DNA of 64,000 nucleotides from a bacterium (lineage in GTDB: Bacteria > Joyebacterota > Joyebacteria > Joyebacterales > Joyebacteraceae), in the NCBI GenBank assembly GCA_029990205.1, contig JAPEKQ010000002.1, forward strand, positions 32,845-96,844. Reading direction: 5' to 3'. The translations under genes and the position numbers were made by a program. The notes beneath the pieces were generated by a model. The model was given only the letters and a program-made list of their open reading frames with translations, searched no databases and was not told the DNA's origin. Positions 27,141-35,364 of the stretch are shown in pieces. Every line of letters starts with the position of its first letter. The stretch's first letter is position 1.

Positions 27141-28895
27141 CTAGTAGTCCTCGGGCTGCACGTCCTTGAGGCGGAGCTGCAGGTTCGTCTCCCCACGCCA
27201 GGTATTCTCCTCGAGCACGTAGGCGAGCGACACCATGAACGAGCTGTCGCGCATCTCGCTCCTGAGCTCTCTGTATGCCTCGGCCATGCCGAAGCCGATC
27301 ACGTCCATGACCCGGCCCTCCTGCGATACGCGCATCCGCAGATGGCCGTTGCCGACGGTCTTCGCGTCCTCGACCTTCACGCGCCGCGTTCCGAACACCG
27401 GCTCGGGGTTGCCCGCGCCGAACGGCCGGAGCTTCTGAAGCTGGTGCACGAGGTCGAACGTGCAGTTGGGCAGGCGGATCTCGCCATCGATATCGATGAC
27501 GGCGACGAGGTCGTCGGCTGTGAGCTTCGCGGACACGGCCTTCTCAACACAGTCGCGGAACTCCTCGAGACGTTCCTCCGCCAGAGAAACGCCGGCGGCG
27601 TGCTGGTGGCCGCCGAAGCTGTCGAGGAAGTGCCTGCAGGATATCAGCGCGGCGTGCAGGTCGAACCCCGGAATGCTCCGGCCCGAGCCCTTCGCCATGC
27701 CGTCGGTGATCGAAAGAAGGATCGTCGGTCGGTTGTGCTGCTTGGCGATGCGCGAGGCCACGATGCCGATAACGCCCGGGTGCCAGCCGGAAGACCAGAG
27801 AACGATCGAGCGCGTGTTCACGAGGTCGATCTGCTCGGCGAGCATCCGCTCGGCGTCTTCGAGCACCTGGCGTTCGAGTTCGCGCCGCTTGCGGTTCTCG
27901 CCATCGAGCTGCTGGGCGATGCGTCCGGCCAGCGCGGTGTCGTCGGTCGTGAGAAGCTCGACGCCGATGCTGGCGTCACCCAGTCTACCCGCCGCGTTGA
28001 GACGCGGACCCAGCGCGAAGCCGATGTGCGCGGCACGCGCGCTCGCCGGCTCGACCTTCGCCACGTCCATGAGAGCGGCGAGGCCCGCGTTCCCGGTGTT
28101 GCGCAGGCGCTCCAGGCCGAGTGCCGTGAGGATCCGGTTCTCGGACCTGAGCGGGACGATGTCCGCAACGGTCCCGACGGCCACGAGGTCGAGATTCTCC
28201 TCGACGGTGTAGGCGAGCTCGCGGTAGTCGCGGGCAAGCGCCTCGAGCACCTTGAAGGCGACTCCGACGCCGGCGAGATCCTTGTACGGGTACTTCGAGT
28301 CCTTGCGCTTCGGGTCGACCACGGCGAGCGCGTCGGGAAGCGTCTCCTGCGGCTCGTGGTGGTCGGTCACGATGACGTCGAGTCCCATCTCGTTCGCGAG
28401 CGAGACCTGCTCGTGCCCGGTCACACCGCTGTCGACGGTGACGATGAGCTTGGCGCCGACGTCGCGTGCGAGCTTCACACCGCGGTCGGACAACCCGTAC
28501 CCCTCGTCGAGACGGTTCGGGATGTAGAAGTCGACGCGGCAGCCGACGGATTCGAGACACCGCTTCATCAGCACGATGGAGGTGATGCCGTCGACGTCAT
28601 AGTCGCCGCAGACGAAGATGCCTTCCTTGTTGTCAACGGCGCGGCGGAGTCTCTCGAGCGCCGGGTCGATGTCCGGAAGGAGGAAGGGGTCACAGAGCGC
28701 GGAGCGATCGGGTCTGAGGAACGCCGCGGCGTCCGCCTGCGTCACCACACCGCGGCTGGCAAGAATGGCGGCGAAGGCCGGGTGGACCTGAAGTTCCTCG
28801 GCGAGCGAGACGGCATGGGCCGATGCATCGCTGTCCGGGAGTATCCATCGCTTCCGTACGAACACGTGCGTTCCCTTCGTCAGTGTTGACGTCAT
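27141..28895 (-). CDS. recJ: Single-stranded-DNA-specific exonuclease RecJ
   Basis: DHH motifs ...IFVCGDYDVDGITS..., ...VIVTDHHEP... The ATG at 28895 (MTSTLTKGTHVF) is chosen because the longer track ORF would run through rnpB. Confidence 0.88.
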   Translation of the reverse strand: MTSTLTKGTHVFVRKRWILPDSDASAHAVSLAEELQVHPAFAAILASRGVVTQADAAAFLRPDRSALCDPFLLPDIDPALERLRRAVDNKEGIFVCGDYDVDGITSIVLMKRCLESVGCRVDFYIPNRLDEGYGLSDRGVKLARDVGAKLIVTVDSGVTGHEQVSLANEMGLDVIVTDHHEPQETLPDALAVVDPKRKDSKYPYKDLAGVGVAFKVLEALARDYRELAYTVEENLDLVAVGTVADIVPLRSENRILTALGLERLRNTGNAGLAALMDVAKVEPASARAAHIGFALGPRLNAAGRLGDASIGVELLTTDDTALAGRIAQQLDGENRKRRELERQVLEDAERMLAEQIDLVNTRSIVLWSSGWHPGVIGIVASRIAKQHNRPTILLSITDGMAKGSGRSIPGFDLHAALISCRHFLDSFGGHQHAAGVSLAEERLEEFRDCVEKAVSAKLTADDLVAVIDIDGEIRLPNCTFDLVHQLQKLRPFGAGNPEPVFGTRRVKVEDAKTVGNGHLRMRVSQEGRVMDVIGFGMAEAYRELRSEMRDSSFMVSLAYVLEENTWRGETNLQLRLKDVQPEDY

Positions 28896-28927
28896 CGACC
28901 CCGGAAGATCACCGGACTCGATGTTCA

Positions 28928-29307
28928 GAGCTGCAGCAGACCGTAAGCCGAGTTCTGTCGGAAGGCGAACCTTCCGCGACGACCATTCATCTGGGACGCC
29001 GGTTACCCGACGCCTCAAGCGACCCACCCGGGAGTTCTAGCGAAGCGGGCAGCTTCTCCTCCCCTACTTGGTCTCGCTCCGGACGGGGTTTACCTAGCTG
29101 CCCCCGTCACCGGGGGCACTGGTGGGCTCTTACCCCACCTTTTCACCCTTGCCGGGGAACCGCAAGCGGCACCCTTAGGCGGTCTACCTTTCTGCGGCAC
29201 TTTCCTTAGGATCACTCCCACTGGGCGTTACCCAGCGTCCTGCCCTCTGGAGCTCGGACTTTCCTCGGACGGACACGTCCGTCCGCGGTCGCCTGGCCTA
29301 CTGCATT
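28928..29307 (-). ncRNA. rnpB: RNase P RNA, bacterial type A
   Basis: Minus strand reads ...CGAGGAAAGUCCGAGCUCCAGAGGGCAGG..GGGUAACGCCCAGUGGGAG...AGGAAAGUGCCGCAGAAA...GGUAAGAGCCCACCAGUGCCC...CAGAUGAAUGGUCGUCGC...ACAGAACUCGGCUUACGGUCUGCUGC. P1 helix GCAGUAGGCC/GGUCUGCUGC. Ends are approximate to within 5 nt. Confidence 0.92.
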
Positions 29308-29333
29308 CTGTTGTCAGAGATCTCGGGTACAGA

Positions 29334-29951
29334 CTATTCGATGCCCTGCTTCGCCCCACGCTTCGCGAGACGGTCGGCTTCCGCGTTCTGCTCGCGCGGC
29401 ACGTGGACGATCGAGATGTCCTCGAGACGCGCGATGAGCGCCGAGACCTGCAGGTACTTCTCCTGGAGCTTCGGGTCGCGGACCTTGTAGCGTCCCATCA
29501 ACTGCCGCGCCACGAGTTCGCTGTCGAGCCTCAGTTCGACCGTCTTCGCGCCATGCGCGAGCGCGGTCTCGATACCCATGCGGACGGCCTCGTACTCCGC
29601 GACGTTGTTGGTCGCGCGTCCCAGGTACTCCGAGACCGTGTCCACCTTCTCCCCATCGGGGGTCGTGATCACGGCGCCGGCTCCCGCGTTTCCCGGGTTG
29701 CCGAGTGATGCGCCGTCGGTCCAGATGATCAGTTTCGACGTCGGAGGCGTCCCGCTCGAGTCCGCGTCGTCGCCGTTCGGTGCGGTCACCGCGCCGAACT
29801 CGGAGACGGACCCAACCGTCGATGCAAAGCGCTGCACGCTCTCGAGAAACGACAGAGCGCGATCCTCGGAGAGCCCCACGCGCGCCGCGGCGTCCTTCCA
29901 GTGGAGCCCCTCGATGATCCCGCCAAGGAAATCGGCCTCGGGTCTACTCAT
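29334..29951 (-). CDS. rnhA: Ribonuclease HI family protein with an N-terminal extension
   Basis: ...IIWTDGASLGNPGNAGAGAVI...VAEYEAVRMGIETALAHGAKTVELRLDSELVARQL..., an RNase H type-1 fold. Overlaps the upstream gene by 8 nt. Confidence 0.8.
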   Translation of the reverse strand: MSRPEADFLGGIIEGLHWKDAAARVGLSEDRALSFLESVQRFASTVGSVSEFGAVTAPNGDDADSSGTPPTSKLIIWTDGASLGNPGNAGAGAVITTPDGEKVDTVSEYLGRATNNVAEYEAVRMGIETALAHGAKTVELRLDSELVARQLMGRYKVRDPKLQEKYLQVSALIARLEDISIVHVPREQNAEADRLAKRGAKQGIE

Positions 29952-30663
29952 CCTCGTCGCTTTCCTTCCGGTAGAGGATGCGCCCGCAGCTGTCGCACTC
30001 GGCGAGGCGGTTCCCGCGCTTCACCTCGATGGCGGCCTGCGGTGGAAGACGCTTGTAGCAGCCGGTGCAGACATCGTCCACGAGCGGGACGACCGCGCTG
30101 TCTCCCTTGCTCGAGAGGATGCGCTCGTAGCGGAGAAGCAGTTTGTCATCGAGATGCATCGCAACGCGCGTCCGCTCGTCGTTCCGGACCATGACGTACT
30201 CGCGCAGCTTCTCGAGTTCGCCCTTGAGCTCTGCGATCTGGTTCTCGACCTCTCCCCTCGCGCCGTCCGCCGCCTTCTTCCGCTCCTCGAGTTCCGCCGT
30301 CTTCACGTCGACGTCCTCGAGCATCTTGAGAACGACGTCCTCGGTCTCCGAGATCGTCTTCCGCATGAACTCGATCTCGTGCGTGAGCGCCGCATACTCC
30401 TCGTTCGTCTTGATGACGAGCTGCTTCGCTTTGAGGTCCTCGAGCTTCGCGCCCTGATCCCGCAGGTCTCCCTCGAGCCGCAGCCTGTCCTTCGTCGCCT
30501 GCTGCATCGATTCCTCGGCCTCCGTGACAAGCGCGTCGGCCGACGTCAGCTGTCCTTCGAGCTCCGCGATCCTGGGCGGCAGCGCCTCCGCCTCCCAAGT
30601 CGCCTCGGCCAGCGCAACGTCTATCTTCTGAAGCTCAAGAAGTCGCTCGAGATCCTCTCGCAC
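29944..30663 (-). CDS. Zinc-ribbon domain protein (COG1579/DUF164 family): coiled-coil plus C-terminal CxxC...CxxC
   Basis: ...LVDDVCTGCYKRLPPQAAIEVKRGNRLAECDSCGRILY. GTG start with GGGAGG RBS. Confidence 0.8.
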   Translation of the reverse strand: MREDLERLLELQKIDVALAEATWEAEALPPRIAELEGQLTSADALVTEAEESMQQATKDRLRLEGDLRDQGAKLEDLKAKQLVIKTNEEYAALTHEIEFMRKTISETEDVVLKMLEDVDVKTAELEERKKAADGARGEVENQIAELKGELEKLREYVMVRNDERTRVAMHLDDKLLLRYERILSSKGDSAVVPLVDDVCTGCYKRLPPQAAIEVKRGNRLAECDSCGRILYRKESDEDE

Positions 30664-30708
30664 CGGACGCCTCCCTACTCAATACTCATTCCCATGCACC
30701 GTCGCCAC

Positions 30709-30738
30709 CTAGATAAAGACGTACCCCGAGGGGTACGC
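30709..30738 (-). terminator. Intrinsic terminator candidate downstream of the tRNA pair
   Basis: On the minus strand CGUACCCC-UC-GGGGUACG is followed by UCUUUAUCU. Confidence 0.5.
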
Positions 30739-30882
30739 CTTGGAAGGATTCACGTGTCCACCGGCCGCCGCCCGAACCGGGTCGAGCGGCCTCGCAGCAT
30801 CCGTCTGCGGATTCAGGCTCCTGATGTAGACGTCATCTGTCAGGACAGCCCCCTCGGTGCTCGGCGTGCCGCGTCAGCGGTG

Positions 30883-30959
30883 TGGTGGGCGATACTGGAT
30901 TCGAACCAGTGACCTCCGGTATGTGAGACCGGCGCTCTAACCAACTGAGCTAATCGCCC
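30883..30959 (-). tRNA. tRNA-Val (anticodon CAC), CCA encoded
   Basis: Minus strand GGGCGATTAGCTCAGTTGGTTAGAGCGCCGGTCTCACATACCGGAGGTCACTGGTTCGAATCCAGTATCGCCCACCA. Cloverleaf is consistent. Anticodon loop CUCACAU. Confidence 0.9.
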
Positions 30960-30971
30960 ATGCTGTTCTCG

Positions 30972-31046
30972 TGGTGGGCCCACTCGGATTCGAACCAAGG
31001 ACCTACGGATTATGAGTCCGCTGCTCTACCGCTGAGCTATGGGCCC
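30972..31046 (-). tRNA. tRNA with CAU anticodon (tRNA-Met elongator, or tRNA-Ile2 read after lysidine modification), CCA encoded
   Basis: GGGCCCATAGCTCAGCGGTAGAGCAGCGGACTCATAATCCGTAGGTCCTTGGTTCGAATCCGAGTGGGCCCACCA. Anticodon loop CUCAUAA. C4:G69 and C5:G68 in the acceptor stem resemble tRNA-Ile2 determinants. It is not an initiator: no 3xGC anticodon stem and no 1:72 mismatch. Confidence 0.88.
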
Positions 31047-31099
31047 GCGAATCCAAGAGTGTATCATTCACCACATCCCGTGTCAACACGGCCTGCGCT

Positions 31100-32896
31100 C
31101 TACGGCAGGTCGATGTAGCCTCGGAGTCGACTCCGGCGCTTGTAGTGCCGGAGTTTGCCGATGGCCTTCTTCTCGATCTGGCGAACACGCTCACGCGTGA
31201 CGCCGAAGATCGCTCCGACCTCCTCGAGCGTCATGGGCGCCTGGTCCTTGTCGAGACCGAAGCGGAGCCGGATGATGCGCTCCTCCCGCGGGTCGAGTTC
31301 GGCCAGCACCTCGTTGATCTCCTCGCGGAGCAGCTTGAACGAAGCGTAGTCGGACGGCGAGATGACCTTCGTATCCTCCACGAAGTCACCGAGACTCGAG
31401 TCCTCGTCCTCGCCGATCGGACGGTCGAGTGAGATAGGCTGCTGCGCCGCCTTCAGGATCCCCTTGACCTTGTCCTCGGAGAGTTCGAGCTTGTCGGCGA
31501 TCTCATCGACCGACGGGTCTCGTCCCTCCTCCTGAACCAGCTGCCTCGTGGTGCGTACGACCTTGTTGATCGCCTCGATCATGTGGACCGGGACGCGGAT
31601 CGTCCTCGCCTGGTCGGCGATGGCCCGCGTGATGGCCTGACGGATCCACCACGTGGCGTACGTGGAGAACTTGTATCCGCGCGTGTAGTCGAACTTCTCC
31701 ACGGCGCGCATCAGACCCGTGTTCCCCTCCTGGATCAGGTCGAGGAAGTCCAGACCTCGGTGTGTGTAGCGCTTCGCGATGGAGATGACGAGCCGGACGT
31801 TCGCTTCGACCATCTCGGTCTTGGCGCGGTTGGCCTCGTACTCGCCCGTCTCGATCCGGCGCCACACATCCTTCATCTGGACGCAGCCGACACCGCACTC
31901 GCGCTCGACGCGCCGAAGCGCGCGCTTGCGGTTCCGGATCTCGTTCGCGAGTGCCTCGGCCTCCTTCTTGAGCGTGGCGACGGACTTCGAGCGCGACGTC
32001 TTCTTCGCCTCGGCCTTCTTCGCGGCTTCCGCCTTGGCCTTGGCCGCCACCTTCCCGCCCGCCTTCTTCGCTTCGCGGGCGGCCGCGCGCTCGCGCTTCT
32101 TCTTCGCCTCGGCGCGCTCGACACGCTTGACTGCCTTGTCGTGCTCGTGGACCATCTCGTCGATCTCGAACTCGAGCCGCTGGATCTTGTCAACGAGCTC
32201 GGAGATGCGCGCGCTCATCTTCGCGACCTGCCGGGGACTCAAGGCGAGCTTCTTCGCCTCGGTCAGCAGCAGCTTCTGCCGACGATCGATGGCCTTCTGC
32301 GTCTGGCGCGCGTGCTGGGGCTTCGCCTTCTTGAGCTTGACCTCGAGGTCACGCCGCTCGGTGTCGAGCTTGATGATCTTGTTCATACGGAGAACGACTC
32401 GCCTGCGCTCCTCGTTCCCTGTCGCGTTCTTCCGTTTTCTGTCGATGCGAACGACGCGGTCCATCCGGACCTTGTCGGTCTTGAGGCGCTCGGAGAGCGT
32501 CGCCATGCGCTTCATCGTCGTCAGCGACTCGAACACGGCGCCGTACGCCATGTTCTCGGCCGCCTCGATCCGCTTGCAGATCTCGACCTCACCCTCTCGG
32601 TCAAGCAGCTTGACCTGCCCCATCTCCCGGAGATACATGCGGACCGGATCGTCGAAGCGGAGCCGAGGTTGCGCCTTGGTCTTCCTCTTCGCGTCTCGCT
32701 TGCGCTTCGCTTCCTTGATCTTCTTGTCGACGACCTCGATCCCGGCGTCACCAAGCCGACAGTAGACATCATCGACGGCGTCGATGTTGATGTCGCTGCC
32801 GAAGTACGAGCCGAGTTCCTCGTACGTGAGCGTCTTCGAGTCCCCGACGGCCTTCACGATCGCGGCCGCGATCTTCTCAGCAGAACGTTTCGCCAT
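31100..32896 (-). CDS. rpoD: RNA polymerase sigma factor RpoD (sigma-70)
   Basis: [16 protein letters not shown]... Regions 2-4: ...[54 protein letters not shown]... The track's upstream extension is discounted. Confidence 0.95.
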   Translation of the reverse strand: MAKRSAEKIAAAIVKAVGDSKTLTYEELGSYFGSDINIDAVDDVYCRLGDAGIEVVDKKIKEAKRKRDAKRKTKAQPRLRFDDPVRMYLREMGQVKLLDREGEVEICKRIEAAENMAYGAVFESLTTMKRMATLSERLKTDKVRMDRVVRIDRKRKNATGNEERRRVVLRMNKIIKLDTERRDLEVKLKKAKPQHARQTQKAIDRRQKLLLTEAKKLALSPRQVAKMSARISELVDKIQRLEFEIDEMVHEHDKAVKRVERAEAKKKRERAAAREAKKAGGKVAAKAKAEAAKKAEAKKTSRSKSVATLKKEAEALANEIRNRKRALRRVERECGVGCVQMKDVWRRIETGEYEANRAKTEMVEANVRLVISIAKRYTHRGLDFLDLIQEGNTGLMRAVEKFDYTRGYKFSTYATWWIRQAITRAIADQARTIRVPVHMIEAINKVVRTTRQLVQEEGRDPSVDEIADKLELSEDKVKGILKAAQQPISLDRPIGEDEDSSLGDFVEDTKVISPSDYASFKLLREEINEVLAELDPREERIIRLRFGLDKDQAPMTLEEVGAIFGVTRERVRQIEKKAIGKLRHYKRRSRLRGYIDLP

Positions 32897-32927
32897 GTGT
32901 CTCGTTCGCCCCCAGGTCAGAGAGAGT

Positions 32928-34832
32928 TCACCTGCCGCCGCTGAGTTCCTCGAGCTTGCGCGCAAGCTCGAGCCTCCGTTCGACACGCGCCATGAGCGCT
33001 CCGTCGTCCGTCAGCTCGGCGGCCCGGATCTCCTCTTCCACCACGCGGATCTCTTCCTCGATCTGCGCTCGCCTCATCGTTCTAATATAGTCATCACAGA
33101 GCCTCCCGCCATCTTCAGGGAGCTCTCTCATAGCCAGTTCCGTCAGAAGCTTCGCCACTCCCGGACCGTCTTCAGGCTCGATGAGCGCCGAGACATCCGC
33201 GGCCGCCCGGCCGGGCGTCTCCCAGATGCGCGCCACGAGACCGCGCACGGGGTCGCTGATGAACTCATCCGGCCTCGCCACGGCCCGCACGCACTCCGCG
33301 TGCCCTCCACCAGCGAGGAGCAGCGCGAGAAGCCCCTCCTCGGCCGAACGCACGAGAGCCGGGACCTCGCGCGGCGCCTCGACGTCGTCGCCCTGCGGGT
33401 CGGTCGGCGGCGGCGGGTCCTCGGCGCCCCCCGGACCTCCGGCGCCGACGGTCGACGCTCTCGTCCCGGTTCGTGCCGTTCCCGGGCCGCCCGGGCCGCC
33501 GGCCGAGCGTGAGTCCTGCGCGCGCCCGCGACGCTCGCCCCGCGGCCTCCGCGATTTCAGCTCCGCGCGCTTCGCCTCGTAGAGACGGACCACGGCGCCG
33601 TGTCTGAGCGAGAGCGCCTCGGCGACCTTCTCGAGCATCAGGTCCGCCTTGATCGGGTCGGCGACGTGCGAGACGGTCTCGATGAGCGCCCGCGCCGCCT
33701 GCTCACGGCCGTCGGCCGTGTCGGTCGCGTTCGTGCTGACGAAGAAGTCGATGAAGTCCTGCGAGGACGCCAGCGCCTCCCGCAGCGCATCGGCTCCGTG
33801 CTTCCGAACGTACGAGTCCGGGTCGTTCCCGTCCGGCAGAAGCGCCACGCGGACCTTGAGCCCGAGTTCGACAAGAGCCTCCGCCGCGCGCGTCGCCGCG
33901 GAGAGACCGGCGTCGTCTCCGTCGTAGGCGACGAAGACCTTGTCCGCGTACCGGTCGATGATCTTCGCCTGTTCGCGAGTGAGCGCGGTCCCCGCCGACG
34001 CGATGGCGTTCTTGAACCCCGCCTGCACGAGGCTCAGCACATCCATGTACCCTTCGACAAGAATGGCCTCGCGCGTCATGCGGATCGACTGTCTCGCCTG
34101 GTTCAACCCGTAGAGGTAGTAGCTCTTCCGGTAGACGCGCGTCTCCGGCGAGTTGAGATACTTCGGTTCGGCGTCGCCGAACGCTCGCCCGCCGAACCCG
34201 ACCGCCTTCCCCGCCGCGGCGAGGAGCGGGAAGATGAGCCGGTCGCGGAACCGGTCGTACTGCCCGCCGCCCTCTCGCGCGATGGCCAGACCCGCCTCGA
34301 TGAGCACGCTCTCCTTCACACCGGACGCTCTCGCGTGCTTGAGGAGGTTGTCCCACCCTGGCGGCGCGTACCCGATCGCGAACTCGGCCACGACCTCGGA
34401 GTCCAGCCCCCGGTCCTTGATGTACTCGCGGGCCGGAGCGCCCGAGGCTCCCTTGAGCGAACTCCGGAAGAACTCGACCGCCATCTGATTCGCGGCGAAG
34501 ACGGGATCGTCCTCGGCAGACCGACCGGAGCCTCGCTCCGGGAGCGCGATCCCCGCGCGCTGCGCGAGTTCGCGGATCGCATCGATGAACCCGAGCTTCT
34601 CGTACTCCATCAGGAACGTGATGACGTTGCCGCCGACGCCGCACCCGAAGCAGTGGTAGATCTGCCGCTCGGGATTGACGTTGAACGACGGCGTCTTCTC
34701 CTGGTGGAACGGACACCGCCCCTTGTAGTTGACGCCCGCGCGCTTGAGCGGGATACGCTCAGAGATCACGTCGACGATATCGTTCGACTCGCGGATGCGA
34801 TCGATGAGTTCGTCCGGCAGGCGCCCCGACAT
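32928..34832 (-). CDS. dnaG: DNA primase
   Basis: Zinc-binding [40 protein letters not shown] ...[11 protein letters not shown]....YDGDDAG... Confidence 0.95.
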   Translation of the reverse strand: MSGRLPDELIDRIRESNDIVDVISERIPLKRAGVNYKGRCPFHQEKTPSFNVNPERQIYHCFGCGVGGNVITFLMEYEKLGFIDAIRELAQRAGIALPERGSGRSAEDDPVFAANQMAVEFFRSSLKGASGAPAREYIKDRGLDSEVVAEFAIGYAPPGWDNLLKHARASGVKESVLIEAGLAIAREGGGQYDRFRDRLIFPLLAAAGKAVGFGGRAFGDAEPKYLNSPETRVYRKSYYLYGLNQARQSIRMTREAILVEGYMDVLSLVQAGFKNAIASAGTALTREQAKIIDRYADKVFVAYDGDDAGLSAATRAAEALVELGLKVRVALLPDGNDPDSYVRKHGADALREALASSQDFIDFFVSTNATDTADGREQAARALIETVSHVADPIKADLMLEKVAEALSLRHGAVVRLYEAKRAELKSRRPRGERRGRAQDSRSAGGPGGPGTARTGTRASTVGAGGPGGAEDPPPPTDPQGDDVEAPREVPALVRSAEEGLLALLLAGGGHAECVRAVARPDEFISDPVRGLVARIWETPGRAAADVSALIEPEDGPGVAKLLTELAMRELPEDGGRLCDDYIRTMRRAQIEEEIRVVEEEIRAAELTDDGALMARVERRLELARKLEELSGGR

Positions 34833-35111
34833 CTATTCTCCCCGGTCCTTGTCCATCAGTTCCTTGATCTTGCGCTGTTCCCAGTCGTCGCCCCAGAACA
34901 TGAAGGGCAGGAACGTAGTCGCCGCATGGATGGCGAGGCCGATGCCCCAGCCGAAGAGCGGCCACCAGAACCAGTAGTGCCCGGGCGACGTCAGGTGATT
35001 GATGATGAAGAGGAACGCATTGACCAGGACGTAGGCGAAGAGGTGGCTGTAGAATCCCTTGAGTTCCTCGGCACGCTTCTTCGCGCGCTCAAACTTCGCG
35101 TTCTGTTCCAC
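34833..35111 (-). CDS. 2TM-domain membrane protein (PF13239-like)
   Basis: (GTG) MEQNAKFERAKKRAEELKGFYSHLFAYVLVNAFLFIINHLTSPGHYWFWWPLFGWGIGLAIHAATTF... GGAAGGAGGAG RBS. Confidence 0.6.
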   Translation of the reverse strand: MEQNAKFERAKKRAEELKGFYSHLFAYVLVNAFLFIINHLTSPGHYWFWWPLFGWGIGLAIHAATTFLPFMFWGDDWEQRKIKELMDKDRGE

Positions 35112-35298
35112 CGCGCTCCTCCTTCCAGAGCCTCCAGACTGACAGCACCGAACCGATCGTCGTGAACACCGCGGCGAGGACCCGCGCGCTCGAAACCCCC
35201 TCGTCCAGGAGCAGAACCCAGCTCACGATCGCCGTGAGGAGCATCGCGGCCGCCGCGATGCGCGGCCAGCGCTTCTTCCGCTTCGCGGCCTTCTCCAA
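35089..35298 (-). CDS. Small hypothetical membrane protein (69 aa, TTG start)
   Basis: GAGGAGGAG RBS 4 nt upstream of TTG. One TM helix (MLLTAIVSWVLLL). Overlaps the next gene by 23 nt. No similarity recognised. Confidence 0.3.
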   Translation of the reverse strand: MEKAAKRKKRWPRIAAAAMLLTAIVSWVLLLDEGVSSARVLAAVFTTIGSVLSVWRLWKEERGGTEREV

Positions 35299-35364
35299 CC
35301 TGCTCCTCCTCGAATCAGCACATCGCGGGCGCGCATCCGCGCCGGTTCCGCGACGGCCTTTCGT

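Noticed and set aside
27078-28889. 603-aa plus-strand ORF
   Set aside because: Antisense to recJ. GC-skew artefact.
30664-30883. Possible small ncRNA (SRP RNA, tmRNA, 6S) in the 220-nt gap next to tRNA-Val
   Set aside because: None of the conserved SRP or tmRNA sequence blocks are present. The region is better explained by a terminator hairpin for the tRNA pair plus the promoter and RBS of the zinc-ribbon gene.
31583-32944. 453-aa plus-strand ORF (and 33600..35165, 35494..37104, 43900..44997, 40310..41713, 3079..4197, 4976..6532, 702..1631, 12724..13698 and similar)
   Set aside because: All lie opposite well-supported conserved genes and have Arg/Ala/Gly/Pro-rich composition. Treated as non-coding.
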